A stretch of DNA of 64,000 nucleotides from Polyangiales bacterium (GTDB lineage Bacteria; Myxococcota_A; Polyangia; Polyangiales; Polyangiaceae), in the NCBI GenBank assembly GCA_038230375.1, contig JBBRNJ010000015.1, forward strand, positions 1 through 64,000, written 5' to 3'. Position numbers and translations under genes: made by a program. The notes under the pieces are model-generated. The model saw nothing but the letters and a program-made list of their open reading frames with translations, did no database searches and was not told the origin of the DNA. Below, piece after piece: positions 1-8,716 of this stretch. Position 1 is the stretch's first letter, and every line of letters begins with the position of its first letter.

Positions 1-1
1 G

Positions 2-127
2 ACGTCGACGCGGCGCTCGCAGAAGGTGATCGCGCACGCGTGCGGGTTCTCGACGGTGGAGCAGATGAGAGGAGCGTGTGAGAGGGAGCTCGGGGTGGCG
101 CCAAGGGATGTGAGAGAGCACTTTTGA
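2..127 (+). CDS. C-terminal fragment of an AraC/GlxA-family transcriptional regulator (partial, runs off the window start)
   Basis: Frame +2 reads ...QKVIAHACGFSTVEQMRGACERELGVAPRDVREHF*, matching the second AraC HTH pattern IA-x2-CGF-x6-R-x5-LG-x-P-x3-R. Not in the ORF track. Confidence 0.65.
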   Translation, partial: TSTRRSQKVIAHACGFSTVEQMRGACERELGVAPRDVREHF

Positions 128-188
128 GGGTACCGCTGGACGTGGTCGCACTGGCGGCAGAAGCTCGACTTCGTGCTGGGTAGCGTTC

Positions 189-725
189 CTACGGAGCCAC
201 GGTCGCTGGCGTTGCTTCCGCGAGGCGCGGAAGAGTGATGAGGAACGTCGCACCAGGGGTGTCGGAGGAGTCGGTGGGTAACAGCGTGAGGCGACCGCCC
301 AACCCGTGGAGGATCTGGAGGGACACGTAGAGGCCCAGGCCCGTGCCTTCCTGCGGGCTCCGGGTCGTGAAGAAGGGATCGAAGATGGCGGTGCGGTTCT
401 GCGGAGGCACGCCGTGACCAGTGTCTGCCACGCGAACCATGATCTGGTCGCTGTTCGCGTACCCCATCATCACCACCTCCGCCGCGGGACCGGTGATGTC
501 GCTGACGCCCGTGCCAAAGAGGAGCGCGCCCGTCGCGGACGGGGGCGGCGGAGGCGGAGGAGGCGGCTGCGGCTGGATGATGGGACCGAGCTTCGTCGGC
601 GGCGCGCTTCCCGGATCCCTCATCGCGGGCGCGGCCCCCGCCGTGGTGGACGGCGGGAGAGTCGCCAAGCCGGCCACAGCGAGCACGCCAACGGTCACGA
701 TCTTGGTGGTGAAGGATCTTTTCAT
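189..725 (-). pseudogene. Chimeric ORF: neutral/alkaline ceramidase N-terminus fused in frame to a histidine-kinase HATPase_c C-terminus
   Basis: ATG at 725 (MKRSFTTK.., signal peptide, Pro linker), then the ceramidase-like GTGVSDITGPAAEVVMMGYANSDQ, then an abrupt switch to VRVADTGHGV..IFDPFFTT..GTGLGL (G1, F and G2 boxes). The junction lies on GATC 441-444. Confidence 0.75.
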
Positions 726-914
726 GGGACGGCTCCAGACATAGTTCAAATGGACGATTGCGGTAAGCTGACCTCTTCGTTGAAGCATCCTTCGTGCCGC
801 CACGTTGTTGCCAGAGGAAGCAGCCAGGTGTCGAGATTCGACGAACTGTGTCGACGACCATCGGCGGTGTTCGTGCAGCAACGGCCCAGTGAGACCCTCC
901 TCGTCGAGCGGTCT

Positions 915-1245
915 GATCGCGCTGTATGCGACCACGGTCACGGCGCAGGCCGGCGCGTACTTGATGGCGAACGGCGGGGGCGGCGCCTCCGGCACCGACG
1001 CCAGCAGCGGGCAGGCGGCAGGCGGCGATCCGTCGGCGATCACGCCCACCATCCCCGCCAAGGGCGGCGCGGCCATGACCAACGGCAACGGTGGCGACGG
1101 ATTCGCGGGAATCACAGCACCCACGACCGGCCTGGGCGCGTCCGGCGTGGGCGGAGGCGGCGGAGGCGGCGGGGCAGGCGCGATCCTCCTCTCCAAGAAG
1201 GTGAGCGCCGGCCTCACCGCCAGCCCGGCCGCCGTCCTCTGGTAA
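915..1245 (+). pseudogene. 3' fragment of a glycine-rich extracellular protein with no credible start
   Basis: IALYATTVTAQAGAYLMANGGGGASG...GGGGGGGGAGAILL with high-GC3 codons starting at GATC 915-918; the upstream part of the ORF looks non-coding. Confidence 0.5.
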
Positions 1246-1309
1246 GGCGCAACCCACGCATGCGCACCTGCAGCACGCTGCTCCGTCTCGAGGAGCTTGT
1301 GATAGTTTC

Positions 1310-3436
1310 GTGCGCGTGTCCGGCTCTCCGTCGCTAGCTTGCCACGAGCTCACCGACGTCACATACCGTTGGGGGAGCTCGAACGCCGAGCCTTTCACAA
1401 CGCTGCCCTCGTACGGTGAGGAGCCACCACACCGAGACGGTCGCAACGAGCTTCGCGTCCGCGGCGTCATTCCGGAGCTGCATGCGATTGACCCTGCGAT
1501 CCAGCTGAGCCGCCCGTTCGCACGGTCGCTCGTGATCGCGGACCGGACCGTCGACGGCCTTCCGGCACTACCGACCGTCTTTCCGCTGGCGCCGAACGAC
1601 GCGGGAAAGAGCGGCGAATTCGTGATCACGAGCAACGCGGGCGGAGCCCTCATCGCTGGTCACGCGTGCGTCGGTTCGCAGCGCGAGATGGTCGCAGGCG
1701 AGCTTCGCCACGAGATCGTTCCGTTCGGCATATCGGCGACGCTGGTGCTCGCGGGCTTTCTGTTGCTCGCGGGCTCGTTCACGCGCAGGGCGATCCGCGA
1801 GTATCGGATGGTCGGTCTTCTCCTGCTTCCCGTGGGTATCACCATCATGCGCGAGACCACGCTGCTTGCTGCGACGGTCGTGCCGTCGGCAGAGGGGTGG
1901 CGCATTGCATCGGGATTTGCGTCCTTCGTGTGGCCGATCGGGCTTGGTCTGTTCGTGCGCGAGATCTTCGGCGACACCAGAAGGAACGTGCTCCGCGTGG
2001 CGACGAGCGCGCTGGCCGCATTTCTCGCCGTGGCCGTCGTTCTTCACATCACGGCGCTGGTACCGGTCTACGCAACGCGACTGCCGCTGCCGCTCATCGC
2101 GGTCTTCATCGCGATCGTGAGCGTTCGCGTTCTAGTCGCGCAGCGACACATGCGGACGGCGCGCATCTTCCTGGTCGGATTTGTCGCGCTGGTCGGCCTG
2201 TCTCTACCTGACCTCCTGGCAATCTTCGGAATCTTGCTTCTTGGCTTTCAGACCGCGCCGTTCGGGTTCCTGGCGTTCGGCGTGTCGCTCGTGCTCGTGA
2301 TCCAGAATCGCGATCGCGAAAAGACGGTCGCGCTCGAGACGTCCCGGACCGAGCTTTCCAGACGCATCGACGAGCTCGAAACGCATCGGCGCGAGATCGA
2401 AGGGTTGAACGAGGAGCTCCGCTACCGTGTCGAAGCGCGATCGCGCGAGCTCCGCGAGGCATTCTCCGACACCACCACCGGCCAGTTCGTTCCGGTACTG
2501 AAGACGGTTCGCGAAGGCGATCTGGTGGCGGAGCGCTATCGCATTGTTCGTCTCCTTGGCGAAGGCGCAATGGGCGCCGTCCACGAAGTGCAGCGCACCA
2601 GCGACGACAAGCGCTTTGCGTTGAAGGTGATGAGCGGAGAGATGACGCAGACCGCTGCCGCACGATTCGCGCGTGAGGCAGAGACCGCGGCATCGGTTCG
2701 CCACGAGAACCTGGTCACCGTCGTCGACGTTGGCTTGGACCACAGCCGCACCCCGTTCATCGTGATGGAGCTCATAAACGGCCGCTCGCTAGAGCATGCG
2801 CAGAGTCGCTACGGCGACGTCCCGTGGGCGCTCTCTATCCTGCGTGACATCGCGGCGGGCCTCGCGGCGCTTCACAAGGCCGGGATCGTTCATCGAGATC
2901 TCAAGCCAGCCAACATCTTGCTGGAGCCGCACGGCGTGACGGGGGAGCGTGCAAAGATCGGCGACTTCGGGATCGCGCGCGCGCTTTCGGGCGACGACGA
3001 TCCTTCGGGCACGACGGCGCCCATGGGGGCGATCGGCGGAACGGATGCTGCCCTGGATGCAACGGTGCCGGTGGGAGGTGGAGGAGCCGCGGCCGCAGTC
3101 GCGTCAGCGGGATCGCTCACGCGCACCGGCCTGCAGATGGGCACGCCGCTCTACATGGCACCAGAGAGCGCGAGCGGCGGAACCAACCTGACGTTCGCGG
3201 CCGACGTGTTCTCGTTTGGGCTCATCGCGTTCGAGATCATGAATGCGCGCCGCCCGTTCGAACCCGCCGCAATCATCCTGGCGATGGGACGCCAGCCCAT
3301 CGCGCCGCCAACATGGCCGGCTCACGCGGCAGCACCTGACGCAGTCCTCTCGATGCTGCAGAAGACGCTGGCCGTAGACATGAACACGCGGCCAACCGCC
3401 GACGATCTCGCGGCGCTCCTGGCTTCTACCCCGTGA
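1310..3436 (+). CDS. Membrane-bound Ser/Thr protein kinase (extracytoplasmic domain + ~7 TM + coiled coil + kinase)
   Basis: LGEGAMGAV, ALK, HRDLKPAN, DFG, GTPLYMAPE and DVFSFG motifs; multiple hydrophobic helices N-terminal to the kinase; start uncertain. Confidence 0.9.
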   Translation: MRVSGSPSLACHELTDVTYRWGSSNAEPFTTLPSYGEEPPHRDGRNELRVRGVIPELHAIDPAIQLSRPFARSLVIADRTVDGLPALPTVFPLAPNDAGKSGEFVITSNAGGALIAGHACVGSQREMVAGELRHEIVPFGISATLVLAGFLLLAGSFTRRAIREYRMVGLLLLPVGITIMRETTLLAATVVPSAEGWRIASGFASFVWPIGLGLFVREIFGDTRRNVLRVATSALAAFLAVAVVLHITALVPVYATRLPLPLIAVFIAIVSVRVLVAQRHMRTARIFLVGFVALVGLSLPDLLAIFGILLLGFQTAPFGFLAFGVSLVLVIQNRDREKTVALETSRTELSRRIDELETHRREIEGLNEELRYRVEARSRELREAFSDTTTGQFVPVLKTVREGDLVAERYRIVRLLGEGAMGAVHEVQRTSDDKRFALKVMSGEMTQTAAARFAREAETAASVRHENLVTVVDVGLDHSRTPFIVMELINGRSLEHAQSRYGDVPWALSILRDIAAGLAALHKAGIVHRDLKPANILLEPHGVTGERAKIGDFGIARALSGDDDPSGTTAPMGAIGGTDAALDATVPVGGGGAAAAVASAGSLTRTGLQMGTPLYMAPESASGGTNLTFAADVFSFGLIAFEIMNARRPFEPAAIILAMGRQPIAPPTWPAHAAAPDAVLSMLQKTLAVDMNTRPTADDLAALLASTP

Positions 3437-3705
3437 ACATGCGCTTCCCATCGAGCCATCCGAACCGGAGGGGCGCCCAGCTCTACGCGACCGAGATTGG
3501 CCACGCGCTCCAGGCGCAGATGCCGAGATGGCGCGATCGTTTCGCGACGACCCGAGCATGCCAGCAGCCGGCGGTGCTGGCAACCAGTGGTAACTGAACG
3601 GGCCCATCGGCTGACGTTACTGGTAACTACCCGTTCGCGCAGGGCCGGATCGTAGCCAAATACGGCTGATTTGTTCGCTGGCGCGGCCTTTGCGTCACCG
3701 GGAGC

Positions 3706-4221
3706 ATGCTACGAAAAGCCTACACCATCCTTGCAGTCGCAGTTACCACCTCCGCCACGATCGCGTGCAGCGGCACCTCCGGGACTACCGCCCATCAGGA
3801 GACGAAGCAGGAGCTCGCCGACGAGCTCTCGAACACGCCGCTCGAGGACGCGCTCAAGCATCGTGACCACTTCGCGCCGCTCTGCGAAACGGATTCGGTC
3901 CGCGAGATCACCGAGAAGGGAACCGGGACGACCGTCGCGGAGCTGTGCAACGCGATGAACCCGCCGGCCTCGAAGGCCGACGCGAGTGCGCCGCCGACCA
4001 CGACGCCCGACGCGGGTCCGCCACCGGCCTCCGGATGTGATCTGACGGCGCTCAACACCGAGCTCTCGTACACCGGCCTCGACGACGCCGTCACGCAGCG
4101 GGCGCACTTCCGTTGCCTTTGCGATGACAAGGGGTACCCGCTTGTTGGTAACCTCAATGGCAAGGTCATCACCACCGCGAGCCAGTTCTGCGGGACGTTG
4201 AAGGAGAAAGGACTGCTGTGA
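3706..4221 (+). CDS. Lipoprotein with an internally duplicated His/Cys domain
   Basis: Signal peptide ending TIAC lipobox; two copies of ELSxTxLxDAxxxRxHFxxLC...TTxxxxC; GGAG upstream; GTGA overlap with the next gene. Confidence 0.75.
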   Translation: MLRKAYTILAVAVTTSATIACSGTSGTTAHQETKQELADELSNTPLEDALKHRDHFAPLCETDSVREITEKGTGTTVAELCNAMNPPASKADASAPPTTTPDAGPPPASGCDLTALNTELSYTGLDDAVTQRAHFRCLCDDKGYPLVGNLNGKVITTASQFCGTLKEKGLL

Positions 4222-5012
4222 CCGAATTCACTCTCGAAGCCATGGGCGGCCTCTGGGCCAAGCGCCTGGACAAGCGCCGCGATGGTCTCGACGAGATCGA
4301 TTGGAGCGATGTCGCGCGCGAGGCGACGCCGGAGCTCGTCGTCACCGCGCGCGACGTCTGGACGCGGAGCGCATTCAGCGAGTATGCGAGCGGCGCTGCG
4401 TTCGCCCAGATCGCGTCGCACCTGCTTGCGGCGCACGCGCCCATCGATCTGATCGCGGCCGCCGGTGACTTCGTAGGGGACGAGATGTTCCACGCCGAGC
4501 TCGCGTCGCGCGTGGCCATGGCGCTCGGCGGCGCGCTTCCACTCGAGGTGAACTACGAAAAGCTCGCTCGTCCGCCCGAAGGCGAAGGCGCGCTCCTTCG
4601 CGCCGCGGAGCTCGTCGTGCGTTCGTGCTGCGTCGGCGAGTCGCTCACCGTTCCCATGTTGAAGCAGTCGCGCCGCGCCGCGGGCTCGCGCACCATCGAG
4701 GCCGTCATTTCCCGCATCCTGCGTGACGAAGCACAGCACGCGGAGCTCGGCTGGTGGTTTCTGGACTGGGCCGATCTCACCGACAAGGACCGCGCGTACC
4801 TCGCCATCGTCGCCGGCTCGACCATTCGATCGTTCAGCGTGATCTTCGGTCGCGAGTGCGCCGGCAACGAAGGCCTTGGCGCGCTGCCTTGCTCGCGGTT
4901 CGACGGGACGTTCCTGGACGCGGTCTCGAACAGTGTGGTCGCGCCGCTTCTGGAGCGTGGCATCGTCGTTCCCGCGGCGGACATCGCTGACCTTCGCAGC
5001 GCGGTCGCCTGA
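4218..5012 (+). CDS. Ferritin-like di-iron carboxylate protein
   Basis: E / DExxH / E / DExxH pattern: FSEYAS, GDEMFH, CVGES, RDEAQH. Confidence 0.8.
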   Translation: MTEFTLEAMGGLWAKRLDKRRDGLDEIDWSDVAREATPELVVTARDVWTRSAFSEYASGAAFAQIASHLLAAHAPIDLIAAAGDFVGDEMFHAELASRVAMALGGALPLEVNYEKLARPPEGEGALLRAAELVVRSCCVGESLTVPMLKQSRRAAGSRTIEAVISRILRDEAQHAELGWWFLDWADLTDKDRAYLAIVAGSTIRSFSVIFGRECAGNEGLGALPCSRFDGTFLDAVSNSVVAPLLERGIVVPAADIADLRSAVA

Positions 5013-5058
5013 CGTCACCCCTCGACATCGACCCGCGGGCTTCGCTACCCTTCGCCGC

Positions 5059-5427
5059 ATGGACCATTCGCCCCGTTTTCTGGCGCTCTGCGAGGCCGCG
5101 CGTACCCAGGTCAAGGAATGCTCGATCGCCGATGTCCGCTCACGCGTTGACAAGAAGGAGACCTTCAACCTGGTCGACGTCCGCGAGGAGAGCGAGTTCA
5201 ACGCCGGTCACATTCCCGGTGCGCGCCACCTTGGCAAAGGGATCATCGAGCGCGACATCGAGAAGGCCTACCCCGACGCCGCGACGGAGATCGTCCTCTA
5301 CTGCGGCGGGGGCTTTCGCTCGGCGCTCGCAGCTGTGGCGCTCCAGAAGATGGGCTACACGAACGTGATCTCGATGTGGGGTGGCTTCCGGGGCTGGAAG
5401 GAAGCGAACGGCCCGATCGCTGGCTGA
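5059..5427 (+). CDS. Single-domain rhodanese (sulfurtransferase)
   Basis: LVDVRE, GHIPGA, active-site YCGGGFRS, GGFRGW; ATG at 5059. Confidence 0.92.
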   Translation: MDHSPRFLALCEAARTQVKECSIADVRSRVDKKETFNLVDVREESEFNAGHIPGARHLGKGIIERDIEKAYPDAATEIVLYCGGGFRSALAAVALQKMGYTNVISMWGGFRGWKEANGPIAG

Positions 5428-5431
5428 GCCT

Positions 5432-6640
5432 CTATTTGGGGCCTCGGCCAGTTCCCGTTCCGATCGGATCGGGTGTCCAGCGGAAGTTGTCGAGCAGCGT
5501 CGTGGAGTCCAGCACGCCGTCACCCGCGTCCCAGATCATGAACTCGATGGTGAACGTCTCGCCGGGGACGACGGTGGCGGACGACGTGAGCCATCCCGTG
5601 GACGCGCCTCCTGTGGCCATGTCCGTGTTGCACCACATGCCCTGATTGTAGAAGCCGGTGCCCTTCAGCTCGTCGACGGTGGTGGCGTCACACGCAGCGG
5701 TGCCCTTGATCGCGCCCGAGGCTGTGTTGCAGCCGACGGAGCCGACGCCCGAGCCCGTGGTCTGGCAGCGGTTCGCGAAGCCGGCGTTCACGCTGATCGG
5801 GTTGCCCTTGGGGTCGACCGAGATGTTGTCGGTGGTGTTCTGACTGGTGACGTACGCGATGAACGCGTCGTTGAACGGCGAGCACACGAAGCCGGGCCAC
5901 TCACCCGACCAGAAGTCGAGGTCGAACTTGAAGCCGTTCGCGTTCGGCGGGACCTTCAACGTGAGCTTCACGTTCACGGTGTCGTTCACGGTGGCGTTCT
6001 GCGGGCAGCCCGTTGCCTTCTTGGGGAAGCCCGGCGGGGCGATGCCGGTTCCAGGCTTGCCGCTGTTGCCGGTGCCGTAGTTGAACCAGTCCTTGCCTGA
6101 GTTGAAGGTGCCCACGCCGCCGGGGCCGTCGAACTCCTGCGCGTAGCCGGAGCTGATGACGCCGAGCATGCTGCCCTCGTGCGGCTTGATCACGTCACCG
6201 AACTTCGGGAGGATCGAGTGCTGCTCCATCATGGGCGCGTCGGTCGACTTGTAGCCACGCGTGAACGTTGCGCTCACCAGGCCGAAGCCCTTCGAGCTTG
6301 CATCGTCACAGATGCCGATCGCGTGCGCGAACGCCGTGGCATCGCCCGAGGCCGAGAGGCCGTTGTCGCAGACGGGAACGTTGTCGACCTTGCCGTCGCC
6401 GTCATCGTCGCAGTTGTTGCCCGCGATCTCCGCGAACGTGGAGCTCGGGTTGCATGGAAGGCCTCCGCCGCCGGAGCCATCGGGGCCGCCGCCGTTGCCG
6501 AAGCCGCCGCCGCCACCTCCGCCGCCGTCCTTGCCGCCGCCCGTGTCGCCTCCTCCGGTGCTGTCGGAGCTGCACGCCCCCATGGAGGCGCCGATCACGA
6601 CAAGCGCGCACGCGAGCCCAAAGCGAGTGGAGAGCACCAT
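5432..6640 (-). CDS. Cys-rich surface lipoprotein (choice-of-anchor-L-like domain, acidic NNCDDDGDGKVD motif)
   Basis: Lipobox MGAC, Gly linker, SGEWPGFVCSPFNDAF, GGASTGWL, IWDAGDGVLDST. Confidence 0.7.
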   Translation of the reverse strand: MVLSTRFGLACALVVIGASMGACSSDSTGGGDTGGGKDGGGGGGGGFGNGGGPDGSGGGGLPCNPSSTFAEIAGNNCDDDGDGKVDNVPVCDNGLSASGDATAFAHAIGICDDASSKGFGLVSATFTRGYKSTDAPMMEQHSILPKFGDVIKPHEGSMLGVISSGYAQEFDGPGGVGTFNSGKDWFNYGTGNSGKPGTGIAPPGFPKKATGCPQNATVNDTVNVKLTLKVPPNANGFKFDLDFWSGEWPGFVCSPFNDAFIAYVTSQNTTDNISVDPKGNPISVNAGFANRCQTTGSGVGSVGCNTASGAIKGTAACDATTVDELKGTGFYNQGMWCNTDMATGGASTGWLTSSATVVPGETFTIEFMIWDAGDGVLDSTTLLDNFRWTPDPIGTGTGRGPK

Positions 6641-6810
6641 GGAACTAGCTTACGTAGATCGACCTTCGTTGCCACCGCTTTGGCGCGCGCCGCCCGCACT
6701 TCACTCCCACACGAGCGCTGAATCGTACGCGCCCCACCCTGCGATGAGTTTGCGCATCGTCGTGTCATCACGAAGCGACACCACACGAAGGCCCACGATT
6801 TCTCGGGTAA

Positions 6811-7920
6811 CTACTGCGCGGCGACGTAGCAGAGGCCGTCGGCGTTGAGGTGACCTTGCGACGCCTGGCGGTCCGACATGAAGGCAGCAAGGTCGGTGAA
6901 CGTCGCGCCCTTCGGATCGTAGAACTGGCTCTTCGCGACCGGCTTGGGCGCGGGCTCGCACGTGCGGCTGGGCAACGTGACGTCGTTCACGGAGATGGGC
7001 AGATACGGGACACCCACGAGGTCTTCGAGTGTCACGACGGCGAGGTTCTTCTGCTTCGCGACCAGCGCGATCGCGTCGAAGCGGAGCGGCGAGTCCTCTT
7101 GCCGTGCGTCCCAGAATGGATGGTCCGCGTGGATGGTCATCTGCGCGGGCACGTCGGCGTTGGGCTTCATGGCGAGGCCGCGCGGGTTGCCGCCCCTTGC
7201 GTCGTCGCCCAGGTCCGGGTTCTGGCAGTTCGAGAAGCGCGGGCGCGTCTTGAAGCCAAAGCGGAACCTCACGACGGAGGGTAGCGCGTCGAGCGTCTTG
7301 TCCGCGCCGTGAGCGGGCGTGCATGTGTCGCCCATCCAGGTCGCGGTGCCCACGTAGAGGACGGAGTAGCCGTTCTTCGCCATGTCGGCGTACTCGACCT
7401 CGGTGGTCGCGTCGAAGTTGACCTTCACCGCGCTCGGTTGCGCGACGACAACGTCGAACCCGAATGCGTACTTCGCGTCGGTCGTGAAGTCCTTGCCGCC
7501 GTTCTCGTTCTGGCTCGTGATGCGGCCCAGCGGGAACGCGGTGGTGCCGTCCTCCTTGCCGGGGATCGTGCCGGGCTTGTGCAGATCAATCGCGAACGGA
7601 CCGTGAAGGCTGGCGACGACCGAGCCCGTCAGCGACTGATCCGACGCGCTTTTGTCCGGCGACTCCGAGACGATGATGTTGTCGAACGTGACGATCAGCT
7701 GCTCGAACGACACCGACCAGCCATCCACGAAGTAAGGCGACTCCGTGGTGTCGGGCGGAAACGGAAAGCCGTTCTGACCGAGCGCCTCACCCGACGCGGT
7801 GACGACGATCGCGCCCGCCTTGCCCGGCGGTGAGCACGCAGCGCTCATCGCGCCCATCGCGGTGACCGCGACGAGCCCAGAGAACACGAGCGCACCGCAC
7901 CTATTCAGAGACGAACGCAA
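6811..7920 (-). CDS. Hypothetical lipoprotein in the TonB-dependent receptor operon
   Basis: Lipobox SAAC; FVDGW, QMTIHADHPFWD, GHLNADGLC; TTG start at 7920 preceded by GGAG (start inferred). Confidence 0.7.
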   Translation of the reverse strand: MRSSLNRCGALVFSGLVAVTAMGAMSAACSPPGKAGAIVVTASGEALGQNGFPFPPDTTESPYFVDGWSVSFEQLIVTFDNIIVSESPDKSASDQSLTGSVVASLHGPFAIDLHKPGTIPGKEDGTTAFPLGRITSQNENGGKDFTTDAKYAFGFDVVVAQPSAVKVNFDATTEVEYADMAKNGYSVLYVGTATWMGDTCTPAHGADKTLDALPSVVRFRFGFKTRPRFSNCQNPDLGDDARGGNPRGLAMKPNADVPAQMTIHADHPFWDARQEDSPLRFDAIALVAKQKNLAVVTLEDLVGVPYLPISVNDVTLPSRTCEPAPKPVAKSQFYDPKGATFTDLAAFMSDRQASQGHLNADGLCYVAAQ

Positions 7921-8716
7921 AGCCGTACGCTCCCTGGTTTCCGCGGAAGCCCATGTAGAGGTTGATGTCAGGCTGCGACGCGCTGTCGTCGCCGAACTGG
8001 AAATGGCCAGGGGAGGCCTCCGTGAGCTTGTCGAACGCGACGCCGTCGAACCAGGCGCGCGGCTCGATCGTGAGGTCCAGCGTACCGTTGTCCGCAAGGT
8101 CCAGGCTCACGGGGATAGGCGAGATGATGCGCTGCTCGCACAGCGGGTTTGCGCCTGGAAGCGCGGAATTTTCGGGCGGGATCGCGCGATTCTTGCCGAT
8201 GGTGATCGTGCCTTCGAACGGGATGGTGGCGGCGCCCTTCGTGGCGAGGCCGGTCACGTCGAGCAGGATCGTGTCGTCGCTCTGCGCGTTGATGTCGCTC
8301 GCGCCGAGCCAGATCTCCGCGGTCACCGCGTGGTCCTTCGTGCCCTCGCCGCGCACGGGAAATGTCTGGCCCGCGGGGTCCAGCACGTCGACCACGATGC
8401 CGTCCGTCAACTCCCCCACATAGATACCGGGCAGCACGCACGACGTCTCGCGCGCGCTCGCGAGCGGCACGCTGCGATTCAGGTACACCGCGCCGATCTG
8501 CATCTTTGCGCGCGTGAGCGTGACGTCCCACCCCGCGGTTGTGTGGAAGGCGTAGCCGCTGGTGAGGTTCGCTGTCTTCGGCCCGTGCGCGACGGCGTTG
8601 AACGTCACCACGCCACCGCCGGTCGAGCCCACGCACGCGGTCGACCCGCCCACGGAGAGCGCGGCAACCGCGACGAGCAGGGGCAGCAACAGCGTGCGTG
8701 ACGCGCGTGCGATCAC
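7901..8716 (-). CDS. Hypothetical lipoprotein in the TonB-dependent receptor operon
   Basis: Hydrophobic signal with STAC lipobox; GWDVTLTRA; 4-bp overlap with the receptor stop. Confidence 0.75.
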   Translation of the reverse strand: MIARASRTLLLPLLVAVAALSVGGSTACVGSTGGGVVTFNAVAHGPKTANLTSGYAFHTTAGWDVTLTRAKMQIGAVYLNRSVPLASARETSCVLPGIYVGELTDGIVVDVLDPAGQTFPVRGEGTKDHAVTAEIWLGASDINAQSDDTILLDVTGLATKGAATIPFEGTITIGKNRAIPPENSALPGANPLCEQRIISPIPVSLDLADNGTLDLTIEPRAWFDGVAFDKLTEASPGHFQFGDDSASQPDINLYMGFRGNQGAYGFAFVSE

